Assembly: GCA_037305845.1 (NCBI GenBank) | Contig: CP147778.1 | Coordinates: 3,232,001 to 3,296,000, forward strand | Length of the DNA: 64,000 nt | DNA from: Candidatus Freyarchaeum deiterrae | GTDB lineage: Archaea; Asgardarchaeota; Jordiarchaeia; Jordiarchaeales; Jordiarchaeaceae | Direction of reading: 5' to 3' | In this document: positions 19,053 through 29,694 of the stretch, piece after piece | How the letters are laid out: the number at the start of each line of letters is the position of its first letter | Position numbering within the stretch: the first letter of the stretch is position 1 | Program-made: the position numbers and the translations under genes | The notes under the pieces: generated by a model | Told to the model about the DNA's origin: nothing | What the model saw: the letters and a program-made list of their open reading frames with translations, nothing else | Databases searched by the model: none

Positions 19053-19319
19053 TTTTGGAATTCTCCACCTTTTATAATTTAACAGAAATATGAAGTATTA
19101 ATAAAGTGCATTATGTCATACACTCATATTCAAACTTTGAATACCTCAAATTCGATCATTTTCAGTATTAGTTCTTTATTCTATCAAAGTGAAATAAACT
19201 TGTTTCCATTGTAATTTCTTAATAAGTTTTTAAAGCCTGGAAAAGCCAAAAAAACTTTGGCGTAGAAAATATATATTGAACTTTGCTTATTTACTACTCA
19301 TATTAACTTTATTTTCGGG

Positions 19320-20510
19320 GTGGGTACTATTTCAAAGCTTTCTAATGATATCCAGTCACTTCTGATTGAATTATTCAAAACCACTTTGAATATAGCCCAT
19401 GCTCATGCCAGTGAAGATGTTTTAGGCGAAGCCATCAAAAATTTGAAAGGATACAGTTTACGTGACTTCGGTAGCCTTATTTCTAACACCAACCAATCGG
19501 TATCTACTTTTGTTTCCTTCTTCGAGGACTACATTAAAGCTATAAAAGAGTCATTTGACTTTCTGAGCGAGTTGCTGAAAATCCTAGGGGTAAAAAATAT
19601 TGGGGGCGTGTTCCTAAGAAAAGTTGATTTAAGGTCAACGGTCAAGCCATCGGAAATTGATATAGACCTTTTAAAATTTCAGTTGAAAACAGCCTTGGAG
19701 TACCTGTTCCCAAAGGTGTTAGAACTAGCATCCTCCGTTTTCGAAAAATCCAAAAAGCTTCCTGATTCAGCAAAGTCTATTGAATCTGAAGTAATTGAAA
19801 ATTTTAAAAATTCATTTGAAAATACCAACAAACAGGGGTTGGACTTCACAAGAGCGCTTTACTCGACATCTGAACTAATATTCAAGGAAGAAGACCCATC
19901 AAGGTGTGTAAATCTTCTCATTCAAATCATTGAGAGTGCTATCGATCTAGCTCAAAAATTATGGCAATCGACCAAATTCACACCCCTCTTTACAAAAGAT
20001 TGGATTAAATACGATATGAACGAAATAACCGAAACCGCTGAGAAATTCTCGGAAATAAAAATGAAAATAGACATACTAACAAAATGCAGAGAAAAAACCT
20101 ATGAACACGAAATGAACGTTTTCATGATAATTTTGAGAGCACTCTGGGGTAGTGAAGAAATAGTAATTGAAAAGGTAGGTAGAATCATGCAAACTCTTTT
20201 GCAAGAGAGAAATCAAGCCGTGGATGCCGGTGAACTCCTACCCCCCAAAATTCCTGTCAAGGATCTATCATTCACATTAGCACTAGCACGCAGCGAATTT
20301 GAGCTATCAAAAAATGCGTCAGAGAGAGTAAAAGAAAATATGGAAGCCTTGCTTCAGGCAGGAGAATGGCTCAAAAGCCCAATAATGCACCACATACATG
20401 AAACCATGACCAAAAGAATGGAAATTAAAGACAAATATGACGAAAAGATTCTAGAAATTCTTCTCGAATTACAAACTCTTACAGGAAAAGAGGAACCAGA
20501 AAAGACATAA
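19320..20510 (+). CDS. Hypothetical all-alpha/coiled-coil protein
   Basis: 396-aa ORF rich in L/E/K/S with amphipathic helical periodicity. No motif recognised. Confidence 0.6.
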   Translation: MGTISKLSNDIQSLLIELFKTTLNIAHAHASEDVLGEAIKNLKGYSLRDFGSLISNTNQSVSTFVSFFEDYIKAIKESFDFLSELLKILGVKNIGGVFLRKVDLRSTVKPSEIDIDLLKFQLKTALEYLFPKVLELASSVFEKSKKLPDSAKSIESEVIENFKNSFENTNKQGLDFTRALYSTSELIFKEEDPSRCVNLLIQIIESAIDLAQKLWQSTKFTPLFTKDWIKYDMNEITETAEKFSEIKMKIDILTKCREKTYEHEMNVFMIILRALWGSEEIVIEKVGRIMQTLLQERNQAVDAGELLPPKIPVKDLSFTLALARSEFELSKNASERVKENMEALLQAGEWLKSPIMHHIHETMTKRMEIKDKYDEKILEILLELQTLTGKEEPEKT

Positions 20511-20616
20511 TCTCTCTCTTAAGATAAAATACTTTTCAAACACACTACCGAGTTTTGGGATCCTAATCAAAATTTATAACAGTTCGTAAAACCAAAAAAG
20601 GAAAGCAGATTTTACC

Positions 20617-21699
20617 TTATGGAATGATCTCGCAGCAATTGTTGATTTCTGGATAATCAAATTCCTTCAAAGAAACCACTTCTTTCTTAATGAGTTCCAC
20701 TATTTTGGGTTTAACTTCTTCGAGTTCTCGGATTAGATGTTTAACTGTTTCGCACACTTTTGCGAATCCTTCTTCCCCCCAGTGCTTTTTCATGTTTGCA
20801 TACAGACAACGTCCTCCACAAACCCAGTAAACCTCACACTCTGGACAGGGAGCTCCCACCCTCATGCTGTTCCACAGTTCTAGGGGATGTGAGTTCCAGA
20901 TATCTCCAACAACGAACTCCGGGTCAGGGGATATAGGGCAAACCGTAATTTTGCCAGAGGGGTGTATGGCGAAGAAGTCAATTCCTGAACCGCACCAGAG
21001 GGAACTTTTCTCTCCCGTGAGAAGTGTTCTCATGACGGGTATAAATGGTACGATTCCCTGAACTTTTCTGTTTGTCTGCATCTCTTCGTACCAGTTTTTC
21101 ACAAGTTTTGATATTCCGGGATTATAGGAGTTGCTAATCCAGTCGTCGAAGTTTTGCCATTCTCCTTCTTTGCTCCAAATAACGTCGAGCTGCCAGTGAA
21201 CATGGTCAAAAGTGGGATTTTCTAATTTCAACAGGTGGGTTACGTCCTCATAAACATCCGAATTCTCGGATATGACCATTCTCGCAATTATGTCTCCTTG
21301 GTAACCTCTGTCTCTCACCAGTTTAACGCTGTCAAGGACTCTTCTGTAAACTCCTTCCCCCCGATAGTGATCCGTAGTGTCTTCTCTTCCATCGATGGAA
21401 GTTACTATGGAGTGAAATCTTTTGAGATAATCTACTCCAACTCCTTCAAGAAAACAGCCATTAGTTTGGAGGATATAATATCTCGCTGGTATGGTGTCCA
21501 TTATTCTCTCCATGAGGGGTATTCTTAGTAAGGGTTCCCCCCCATAAAAAGCAATAACGGGTTCTGAGTCCTTCTCCATAAATTTAAGCAAATCTTCCAG
21601 ATTGTATTGAATCTCTGGGTCGCTGTAAGATTCTTCGGAGCCTCCGCAGTAGATACAGTTGAGATTGCAGCGTCTGGTGAGCAGCACATGATAGTACAT
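20617..21699 (-). CDS. Radical SAM/SPASM protein, AF0577 (TIGR04084)-like
   Basis: CNLNCIYC, FYGGEP, SPASM cysteines (CGSG, CP, CPEC...CGGRC), C-terminal CEIIP. Confidence 0.85.
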   Translation of the reverse strand: MYYHVLLTRRCNLNCIYCGGSEESYSDPEIQYNLEDLLKFMEKDSEPVIAFYGGEPLLRIPLMERIMDTIPARYYILQTNGCFLEGVGVDYLKRFHSIVTSIDGREDTTDHYRGEGVYRRVLDSVKLVRDRGYQGDIIARMVISENSDVYEDVTHLLKLENPTFDHVHWQLDVIWSKEGEWQNFDDWISNSYNPGISKLVKNWYEEMQTNRKVQGIVPFIPVMRTLLTGEKSSLWCGSGIDFFAIHPSGKITVCPISPDPEFVVGDIWNSHPLELWNSMRVGAPCPECEVYWVCGGRCLYANMKKHWGEEGFAKVCETVKHLIRELEEVKPKIVELIKKEVVSLKEFDYPEINNCCEIIP

Positions 21700-21819
21700 G
21701 GATTTATCACTACACTACAATATTCAATCCAGATTAAGCTGAATTAACGAAGTACAATACACAATACATTTGAAAAGTTTTTCTGAATTGCTCAATTCTC
21801 TATTCTAGTACCTGTTAAA

Positions 21820-22590
21820 TTATTCTTTCGGAGCCAATTTTTTGAGCATAGATTTGGCGTTATCGAGCATTGCATGGTCATTATTGAAGAAAACGAATAC
21901 CCTTCTTGGTTTAACCTCCAAAATATTCCGCTTCACTTCTTCCAATTCATTATCAGTGTAACGGTGAGAATACCATTCGGTTCTTCCATGCATCCTTAAA
22001 TAAATCACGCCCCTCATGTGGAAAATATCTCTAGGCATTTCCGGCGCGTCAACTGAGACTAGAGTAATCCCCAGATTTTCGGCCCAAGCACTCCACTTGG
22101 AGTCAAACCATTCTTTGTTTCTGGGTTCTAGAGCGAATCTTTCTCCTAGCTCCGCCTCTGAAATAAATTTTTCAAGATTCTCCACTGTTTTGTTTCTAGG
22201 GACCGAGGATGGTGGAAGCTGGAAGAGGTAAAAGTCGATACTCCTGTCGAGAGGCTGGAATAAATCCCGGAACTTTCTCCAAGTACTGAGGGCTCTCTCG
22301 CTGAATCGGAAAATATGTGTAATATACCGGTTAACCTTAATCGCCCACCTAAAGCGTTCTGGGGTTTTACGAACCCAGCTCGCCACCATGTTCCGAAAGG
22401 GGAATCGGTAATAGCTTGCGTTCAGTTCCACACAGCTAAGGCCCGAGTTAGCCAAATACCAGTCAAGTGAGCCTCCTTTATTCCAAGTATACATCCAGCC
22501 GCTGGTTCCCACATAAAACTCATTGTCCATATCTCTTCCCATCCATTGGCTGTGGATTAAAAATTTAGTGAACTTTTCAAGTTGATTCAA
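21820..22590 (-). CDS. DUF72 domain protein
   Basis: VGTSGW.Y, VELNASYY, ITH, LFQLPPS, YLRMHGR, VFFNND. True start may be a downstream ATG. Confidence 0.88.
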   Translation of the reverse strand: MNQLEKFTKFLIHSQWMGRDMDNEFYVGTSGWMYTWNKGGSLDWYLANSGLSCVELNASYYRFPFRNMVASWVRKTPERFRWAIKVNRYITHIFRFSERALSTWRKFRDLFQPLDRSIDFYLFQLPPSSVPRNKTVENLEKFISEAELGERFALEPRNKEWFDSKWSAWAENLGITLVSVDAPEMPRDIFHMRGVIYLRMHGRTEWYSHRYTDNELEEVKRNILEVKPRRVFVFFNNDHAMLDNAKSMLKKLAPKE

Positions 22591-22713
22591 ATGGTAGATA
22601 GAGAATCCTATTAAATTCTCTTACCTTGAGGAAATTAGATTAAATCAAGCGTTACAAATTTAGAAAGAGTAAACCATAAAAGGTTAAAGATAAATTATCT
22701 TTAATGAGCGGAA

Positions 22714-23622
22714 ATGCAAATCGACGGTATAGTTATAATAGATTCAGTCAGCGGCGTGCCACTATTCTCAAAACTTGATACTATAGATAGTACGCTATTC
22801 TCCGGTTTTGTAACTGCCATACGCAATTTTTCCTCTGAACTCTCACTAGGAGGTTTATCTTCTTTCTCGACCGAAGAAAAAAACATTTTTCTAGCTGCTA
22901 GAAGGCGGGTTGTTACTGCTATTATTGCTTCTACGGATTTGGAGTTTCAAAAAGTCTATTCATTGGCGTATCAGATTGGTGCAGCGTTTGAAGATATGTA
23001 TGAATTAACAGAGTCGCCAGACCAGGATAAATTCAAAGGTTTTTCTACAAGGCTGGAAGGAATTCTTAAGGAAAAGGAAGTTCCCTTTCTTTTGGAGGCG
23101 GCAGAATTCGCTAAAAAGGAATTCGGAGGAGCGATATCCATTAGACCCGAATTAAAAGTTGAACATGGAAAAACAATGGTAATTGATTTAGTAGTTGATA
23201 GAGGAAAAAGGAACCCGGAAGGTGTACTTAATAGATTAGTCCAGAGAAGATGGAAAGCGTTTTCTGAGGATATTACCTTCGTCAAGGTCATTGATGGAAT
23301 TGCCGGTAGAGGAGAGGTAATGGACTTTATTGACTCTCTAAGGAGTGTTGGTGAAGAATCGGGAATGCACATCCGTAACCATAAGGATCGAGCTGCAGAA
23401 GAATTCCCATATTTTCCCGCTCGAGCAGCAGTTGTGGCCCGCGATTATTCTCCTACCGTATTCGAAGAGATGGAAAAGCTTCTAAGGGTTGAAGGAAAAG
23501 CATGCATCGCGGGTGATCAAATCACTCGGCAAGCAAGGGGAAAATATTTCCCTGATTCATCAAAGTGTTTCATTGAACTTTGGAAGTGGAAGGAAGGTTA
23601 TCCTGAAAGGGTGTTCTGTTAA
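22714..23622 (+). CDS. Longin-like N-terminal domain fused to a possible restriction-endonuclease-like domain
   Basis: SGVPL...D..LFSGFVTAIRNFSSE...F..F pattern typical of Asgard longin domains. C-terminal IDLVV...FVKV...EV.DF pattern. Confidence 0.6.
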   Translation: MQIDGIVIIDSVSGVPLFSKLDTIDSTLFSGFVTAIRNFSSELSLGGLSSFSTEEKNIFLAARRRVVTAIIASTDLEFQKVYSLAYQIGAAFEDMYELTESPDQDKFKGFSTRLEGILKEKEVPFLLEAAEFAKKEFGGAISIRPELKVEHGKTMVIDLVVDRGKRNPEGVLNRLVQRRWKAFSEDITFVKVIDGIAGRGEVMDFIDSLRSVGEESGMHIRNHKDRAAEEFPYFPARAAVVARDYSPTVFEEMEKLLRVEGKACIAGDQITRQARGKYFPDSSKCFIELWKWKEGYPERVFC

Positions 23623-23705
23623 AAATTGAAAATGAATCTTATTTATCGTTAAAATTAGAAAAAGATTTTAAAAAATTAGAAAATGGGGAAGAAGATTCTT
23701 TTTTA

Positions 23706-24188
23706 TTAATATCTTCTGTTTCCTCTACTATATGAACTGTCTCTACCGCCGCCATAGGATCGGTTTCCACCGTATCCGCCGGATCCACCATAGCTTGGTC
23801 TGCTAAATCTCTGTTCCTGTTCGTAAACCTTGTCTGAGAGATTCTTTTCTTTGTTTACTTCCATGCTCCCTCCGTCTTCAGCTTCCTCAATGTTTCCGTA
23901 TTTACCGACGTTCAATCTCAGAGATCCCTTGAAAATGTTAGTATAACCGTTATTGAGTTTATAAACGCTACCGACTTTAACCTTGTCTATGTCATCGTTC
24001 CAGAGAGTTAATAGAATGCTTGCGGAACTGTCACCTACTGTTGCTTCGGTGACTCTGTTGGTGTCTCCGGTTTGTCTTGATGCAATCTCTCTTTCGTCAT
24101 TTATTGATTCGATTTTAAATTTTACATTTACACTTTTAAGACCTGGTCTTAAATTCTCAACAATAAAATCTTTCTGTTCAGTTGACAT
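23706..24188 (-). CDS. ssb: Single-stranded DNA-binding protein, single OB fold with Gly/Arg/Tyr-rich tail
   Basis: VTEATVGDSSASILLTLW, NGYT..FKGSLRLNVGKYG, tail YGGSGGYGGNRSYGGGR. Confidence 0.88.
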   Translation of the reverse strand: MSTEQKDFIVENLRPGLKSVNVKFKIESINDEREIASRQTGDTNRVTEATVGDSSASILLTLWNDDIDKVKVGSVYKLNNGYTNIFKGSLRLNVGKYGNIEEAEDGGSMEVNKEKNLSDKVYEQEQRFSRPSYGGSGGYGGNRSYGGGRDSSYSRGNRRY

Positions 24189-24322
24189 CTCAAATCATCT
24201 TTTTTAACAAACTAAATTTTGTAGAAAAAAAGGGTCAAAAGCTGAAAAACCAGCTCTAATCAATTTTCTCTATGCTAAAAGCATATACAGCCCCCGCATA
24301 TAAACATTTTTGAAAATCCCTA

Positions 24323-25702
24323 TCAGATTATGGGAGTCAGCCGGATTCCTTCATCATGAGATGAGATGTTGTAGATTCCTGTCTTTGGCCGCATTCCGTA
24401 CATGATCAAGGAGTTGTACAAATGCTTGAACACAAATTGTGTTTCCGATAGGTGGCTGAAGGGGTCAACCTGGTTTATCCCACTTTTCGCAACGCCGATT
24501 AGGACAGCCTCCTCAGCGATCTTTTTGTCCAATGCTTCATCGATAAATCGGATCATACCATCATATCCGAATCGTACCTGTAGTGTGTCGAGGCCGATAA
24601 AGACTAGTGGCTCTTTATCAGTTTCTGATTTGGATAGGTCATCTTTTTGGAGGAAGACCTCAAGCTCCTTTGTTATGTCTTCTGTTTCCGGTTTGTATGT
24701 TAAATAGTTCTTGGACGATTTCTTAGATGGAGGAATGCCCATTGAAGGTATATCAAGTACTCCTCGATTGTTAAGAATTGCGTTGTGCTGGATCTGTCGG
24801 ATTATTTCCATGTATTGTCTACCGACGCCGTATTCAATCTCGAAGAGGTTGAAGCTACCTTTTAAGAACCCCCCTGTTATATCATCAAAATCTTTTATGC
24901 CTGAGGATACGTGTTCACTATCTATGTCCGGGACAGCCGCCCTCGGGGTCATATCCAAATTCTCGCGGTACGGTTCAAAGCATTGAAAACCATCCTTCAG
25001 AGTGAAGAGGGTACGTTTCTGTCTGAGCTCCGTGCCCCTCATCTTGATTATCTCCATCGCTCTTGCAGTTCTTACTTCTGTTTGTTCAGGATATGTATCA
25101 CTGTCTCTTGAAGGTTCATAAACGTCGATGTCTTTGAGTAGTATGACGCCATCAGCTACAAACTCCTCGATTCCCATTCCGATTTGCTTCTGGCCGCGGG
25201 GGACTTCGGATATGATAATGGTGGTGCATCCAGACTTTCTAACCATTTTTCCCAGAATCGTGTGAACAACGATTCGGACATTTATCTTGTTTTCAAAGGC
25301 TTGAGCCAGCGCGGAGTAACTGTCTATAACCAGCCGTTTAGCATCAAGTCTCTGAATTTCGTTCAAAATTGATTCCAATACACTGGTTATACCCTCTTCC
25401 TTCACTGTAATGTTGTCTAGGAAGCTGAATTTTTCAGACTTGATGTATTTTTCGTATTCACTACCCAGATGCTTGGTCATGTTATGCAGGAAGGTTTCCT
25501 CGCCCTCAGCAAAGGAAACATAGATCCCGGCTTCCCCCGACTGGATACCATTGCAGAGAAACTTAACACTGAAAGCTGTCTTCCCTGACCCGGGATTACC
25601 CGCCAGAAGAATCAAGCTTCCGCTGGGGAAACCGCCTTCAATCAGCTGGTCTAACCAAGTTATCCCTGTTGGGACCCGTTCTTCGCTCAAAAGTACATTC
25701 AC
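24323..25702 (-). CDS. KaiC/RAD55/GvpD-like ATPase (intact N-terminal P-loop, degenerate C-terminal domain)
   Basis: GNPGSGKT Walker A, LVIDS Walker B, EFVADG, KMRGT. Second half starts SSGIKDFDDITGG without GKT. Confidence 0.85.
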   Translation of the reverse strand: MNVLLSEERVPTGITWLDQLIEGGFPSGSLILLAGNPGSGKTAFSVKFLCNGIQSGEAGIYVSFAEGEETFLHNMTKHLGSEYEKYIKSEKFSFLDNITVKEEGITSVLESILNEIQRLDAKRLVIDSYSALAQAFENKINVRIVVHTILGKMVRKSGCTTIIISEVPRGQKQIGMGIEEFVADGVILLKDIDVYEPSRDSDTYPEQTEVRTARAMEIIKMRGTELRQKRTLFTLKDGFQCFEPYRENLDMTPRAAVPDIDSEHVSSGIKDFDDITGGFLKGSFNLFEIEYGVGRQYMEIIRQIQHNAILNNRGVLDIPSMGIPPSKKSSKNYLTYKPETEDITKELEVFLQKDDLSKSETDKEPLVFIGLDTLQVRFGYDGMIRFIDEALDKKIAEEAVLIGVAKSGINQVDPFSHLSETQFVFKHLYNSLIMYGMRPKTGIYNISSHDEGIRLTPII

Positions 25703-25927
25703 CTTCCAATAATAATAGCAAACATATTTTTAAATAGTTGAATATTACGAATTTATAATTTATTTTTTACATCAGCCAATAAATCGCAAACATCTTACAA
25801 TTTTTTACGCATTATGCATATATTTCCGTTTGAACAATTTTTTCTTTGCATAAGGTTTCTGGTGTAATGTTACTACCTCGGTTTAAAGGAATCTATTCAT
25901 GCAAGGATTCCTATTCCTGGATTGCGG

Positions 25928-26380
25928 TTAGGGCAGATAGCCCAGTTCCTTGGCTCTTGATTCGACGAACTCTGCGACCTTTTCTTCGCTGAACTTCTTC
26001 TTTTCTTCTTGCTTTTTCAGGAGTTCTCTTATTTTTCTTAGGAGGTCGTCAATGTCTTCTATGGGTTTCGTCACGAATCCATCGGCGCCCTTATTCACGG
26101 CTTCAATGGCGTTTTGCATCGTAGGAAAACCGGTAACTATTATTTTGACCATCGGGGGGAAGGTTTCTTTCATAGCGGTTAAGAGTTTTGTTCCCTCCAT
26201 GTCTGGAAGTCTAATGTCTATTAATGCGAGATTATAGAAATTTGCCTTGGTTTTCCTGATTGCTTCGTTTCCATCTTCTGCAGTTTCAACAATGTATCCT
26301 TCGTCTTCCAGTATGGTTTTCAGGACCATCCTTATGCTTTCATCATCGTCTATAACAAGGATTCTAGCAGTTTCACTCAT
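25928..26380 (-). CDS. Response regulator (REC domain)
   Basis: ILVIDDD, LIDIRLPD phosphoacceptor, TG, KP. Confidence 0.92.
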   Translation of the reverse strand: MSETARILVIDDDESIRMVLKTILEDEGYIVETAEDGNEAIRKTKANFYNLALIDIRLPDMEGTKLLTAMKETFPPMVKIIVTGFPTMQNAIEAVNKGADGFVTKPIEDIDDLLRKIRELLKKQEEKKKFSEEKVAEFVESRAKELGYLP

Positions 26381-29292
26381 ACTTTTCCACCTCTTTCATT
26401 TTTTTGGTTCATTGAAAGCGTGATAGTGAAGGTTGTACCCTTTCCCTCTTGGCTCTTAACAGAGATTGCGCCCCCATGCGCTTCCACTACACGTTTACAA
26501 ATGGACAAGCCTAGCCCTATTCCCTTCGCTTTGGTCGTGAAGAGAGGCTTGAACATTTTTTCAATATTTTCTTTTGGTATTCCTATTCCAGTATCAGTAA
26601 GAGATATTTCCATATTGCCATTTGCTTCCCCGCTTTTAATTGTGAGTTCGCCTCCTCTCGGCATAGCGTCAATTGCATTTTGGATGATGTTCATAAAGAC
26701 TCTATGCATTTTTTGCTCGTCAACCATTATCTTCGGCTGGTCAGTAGTGAAGTCTAATAATTTTATATATTCTGGAACATTGATGAGAGTTAGCGTGTCG
26801 TTTAAGAGTCGTTTTGGAGTAGTCTCAGTTAATTCAAGCTGTATCTCTTTCGAGTATTCCAAAAGCTCGGTTACAATTTTGTTTGAGTACTTTACATTTT
26901 TTTCGATAGTCTCCAATAACTCTATTAATCTTTCGTCCTTTAGGGGTGATAACTTCCTTTTCAGAATATATGAGACTCCTGAAATGCCTGTTAATGGATT
27001 ACGCAGATCATGCCCCACCATCGCTGCGAATTCCCCGATAGCGGCCAACCGCTCAGCTCTAATAAACCGATCCTGCGCTTCCATCAATTCTTTTGTTTTA
27101 TCCGCAACTAACTCCTCCAAGTGCTCCGAGTACTCTCTTAGTTTCTCTTCTGCCTCCCTCAACTGAGCAGTAATCATCGCCTTTCCGGCTGACATAGCTA
27201 CACTAGAGGCTGTGCTTTCCAGAAACTGAATCGTTTCCAGAGGCACCATATTTTCACTCTCATCGGCTAAATAAATAAACCCTATGATTCGGCTTACGAG
27301 CCTTATAGGAATCACAGATACAGACTCATAGCCAGAAAGACTGCAAATGGGATCCCGCTCTCCTTTTCTCTCACAAAACTCTGCCCGAAACTTGCTCATT
27401 CCATTGCTATAAAATGATCCGTTAACCGTGTAGAAAGAATTAGTATCATAATCACCCTCGGCCATGTTGACACACGTTACTTTTTCTTTTTTTATACATA
27501 GTTGGCTAATGTTATTATAGGATTCAGTGGTGAAGCCGGTGTACACTTCGTAATAATTGTTCCCTTGTGTATTCAGGATTCGGATGCCGACGCTGTTACA
27601 GCGGGTATAACTTTTAATGATTTCTACAGCTTCATCTAAGCCCATATCCATATTAGTTGAACGAACCAAAATCTTGAGGATAGAGGAATGTGCATTCTGT
27701 TGCTCTTCCATTCTCTTATGCTCGGTGATGTCATCAAACACTGTGAGAATGGTATTCTTGTCACTCATTATCAACGGGGACATAGTCAAATTAACATAAT
27801 GAGTTGTGTTGTCTTTATGTTTTAATTCCACCCCGAAGTCACGTATGAAACCATTATCTTGTAGCCGTTTCAAGAGCAGCTTACGTTCCTCAGGGTTCTT
27901 GTAGATTTTTGCTAGGTTGATCTGCTCTAATTCCGTTCCCCGGTAGCCGGTTATCTGGCACATGGCGTCATTGTAAGCTAAAGCCTGGCCATCCATAGTT
28001 GCCAGGCCGACACCCACTGGCAAGTTCTCGAAAAGGGTGCGATAACGGAGTTCCGATTCCTGCAGAGTCGTCTCCATCTGCTTACGTTCTGTAATATCTT
28101 GAATTTGAGTCAAATAACCTAAAAGCCTTTTTTCTTTCATTATGGGGGTAAGCGTAATATAAAAAAACGCGATTCCGGTTTTCGATGTTTCGTATGATTT
28201 CGTTTCCCTAATTTTGTCAAAATCATAGGGAGCCTCAGATTTTACCGTTTCGTCGTTGAGGATGCTCTTTTTCAAGTTAAGTGGTATATTGGGATCCTTT
28301 AGGAGTTTGAGCCCCTTTATTTTCTCGACATCAGACACGCCGAGTATGTTCAAGCATGCTTTGTTCGCGTTAATCAATCGGATATTGGAATCAAAAAGTA
28401 TAATTCCGATAGGTGATTCCTCAAATATATTTTTGAATTTCTCCTCACTCGCCTGCAGTGCGTCTTCAATCCGCTTGCGTTCGGTAATGTCTCTGAGTAT
28501 GCCTTCGACTGCAATGAGTTTTCCAGTCCCATCATAGACGGGAACGTTTATCTGTTCGGTTACTCTGAGGTTTCCCTCCCTGTTGAAGTACCTAAGCTCC
28601 AACAGCTGCGATTTACGATGCTCACTAAGATCTTCAAAGAACCTTTGGAGCTTGGAGAGATCTTCTGGATGCACAGATTTGTAGAAGAGGTCAGGATGAG
28701 TGTAAAGCTCCAAAGGCGTATAGCCGATAATCTCTTTCGAAGCTGGGTTCACATAATCAAACCCCCCATTCTCCACCGAGATCCTGTAGATCATGTCCTG
28801 CGCTTTTTCCGCAAATAGGGGAATTATCTCCGCAAATCCAGTTAGAGCTTCATTCTTCTTTCCACTGATGTCTCTCACTACATTGACCCAGCCTATTTGC
28901 TCCCTCTCCTCGTTCAACAGCCGGGACAATGTGTTTTCTGTAGCGAAGATTGTTCCATCCTTACGCTTCATATGATACTCGGGGAAGAATAAGGATAGTT
29001 TGTTCTCTTTCACCGTTTTGTATAGAAGAGATCGGAACTCTCTGTACTTTTCCAAGTTCACATGGAGAAAGGCGGCTTGCTTACCCAGCATCTCCAACTT
29101 TTCATAGCCGAACATAGCAGATGCCGTATCGTTGCATTCGAGTATGGTCTGGGGATCCCCGGCATCAAGGATGAAAACGGCATCAGTAAAACTGTTGAAG
29201 GCTATCTGTAGCAAGTCTGCAGGATAGCGAGACAATGTGCTTGAAAGGTTTTCATCCAATTTCAGTCTTTGCTCGGTTTTCTCTTTAGTCAT
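26377..29292 (-). CDS. Multi-PAS/GAF sensor histidine kinase
   Basis: Four PAS/PAC repeats ending in DI(S/T) motifs, a GAF segment (YESVSVIPI), H-box GHDLRNPL, N/G1/F/G2 boxes (NAIDA, DTGIGI, FTTK, GIGLGL). Confidence 0.92.
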   Translation of the reverse strand: MTKEKTEQRLKLDENLSSTLSRYPADLLQIAFNSFTDAVFILDAGDPQTILECNDTASAMFGYEKLEMLGKQAAFLHVNLEKYREFRSLLYKTVKENKLSLFFPEYHMKRKDGTIFATENTLSRLLNEEREQIGWVNVVRDISGKKNEALTGFAEIIPLFAEKAQDMIYRISVENGGFDYVNPASKEIIGYTPLELYTHPDLFYKSVHPEDLSKLQRFFEDLSEHRKSQLLELRYFNREGNLRVTEQINVPVYDGTGKLIAVEGILRDITERKRIEDALQASEEKFKNIFEESPIGIILFDSNIRLINANKACLNILGVSDVEKIKGLKLLKDPNIPLNLKKSILNDETVKSEAPYDFDKIRETKSYETSKTGIAFFYITLTPIMKEKRLLGYLTQIQDITERKQMETTLQESELRYRTLFENLPVGVGLATMDGQALAYNDAMCQITGYRGTELEQINLAKIYKNPEERKLLLKRLQDNGFIRDFGVELKHKDNTTHYVNLTMSPLIMSDKNTILTVFDDITEHKRMEEQQNAHSSILKILVRSTNMDMGLDEAVEIIKSYTRCNSVGIRILNTQGNNYYEVYTGFTTESYNNISQLCIKKEKVTCVNMAEGDYDTNSFYTVNGSFYSNGMSKFRAEFCERKGERDPICSLSGYESVSVIPIRLVSRIIGFIYLADESENMVPLETIQFLESTASSVAMSAGKAMITAQLREAEEKLREYSEHLEELVADKTKELMEAQDRFIRAERLAAIGEFAAMVGHDLRNPLTGISGVSYILKRKLSPLKDERLIELLETIEKNVKYSNKIVTELLEYSKEIQLELTETTPKRLLNDTLTLINVPEYIKLLDFTTDQPKIMVDEQKMHRVFMNIIQNAIDAMPRGGELTIKSGEANGNMEISLTDTGIGIPKENIEKMFKPLFTTKAKGIGLGLSICKRVVEAHGGAISVKSQEGKGTTFTITLSMNQKNERGGKV

Positions 29293-29355
29293 TTTAGTTT
29301 TCCTTCAATTTCTTAAATGCATTCAAACTTCTGTCTTTGCCGGTATTGTTTTCCT

Positions 29356-29694
29356 TCAAGTTTGCCGTTTTCTCAATTCCTTTATGTAATCAAAAAAGTC
29401 GTAGTTTTTTTTCTCCTCAAAATTCAAATCAAACGTCGAGTACAAATTTTTTAGAATCATAAGCTCAACGATTTTGGAAGAAATCCCTATAAGATTCCGC
29501 AAAGCTTCTACAAAAACCTTAACTCTCTCGGGGTCTTCTTCCCACTTTGAAGGAACACTCTTCTTTGCATAAATAATAATAACATTAGCAGCCCCACCCC
29601 CTAGAACCTTTTTCAAAACACTGTCTATTGTTTGCAGAATTGCCTTTTCAAATTCCTCACCCTTTGAAAAATTGAGAGAGTCTTGGGATACCAT
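29356..29694 (-). CDS. Small hypothetical protein leading the two-component cluster
   Basis: 112-aa ORF co-oriented directly upstream of the kinase. Resembles small helical proteins seen beside archaeal signalling genes (recollection). Confidence 0.6.
   Translation of the reverse strand: MVSQDSLNFSKGEEFEKAILQTIDSVLKKVLGGGAANVIIIYAKKSVPSKWEEDPERVKVFVEALRNLIGISSKIVELMILKNLYSTFDLNFEEKKNYDFFDYIKELRKRQT

Noticed and set aside
20617-21699. RiPP cluster around the radical SAM/SPASM gene
   Set aside because: No plausible precursor peptide, protease or transporter is adjacent.
26420-27166. Long antisense ORFs in the track (e.g. 248 aa here, 48550-49224, 43290-43700)
   Set aside because: They lie wholly opposite well-supported genes and have no recognisable motifs.
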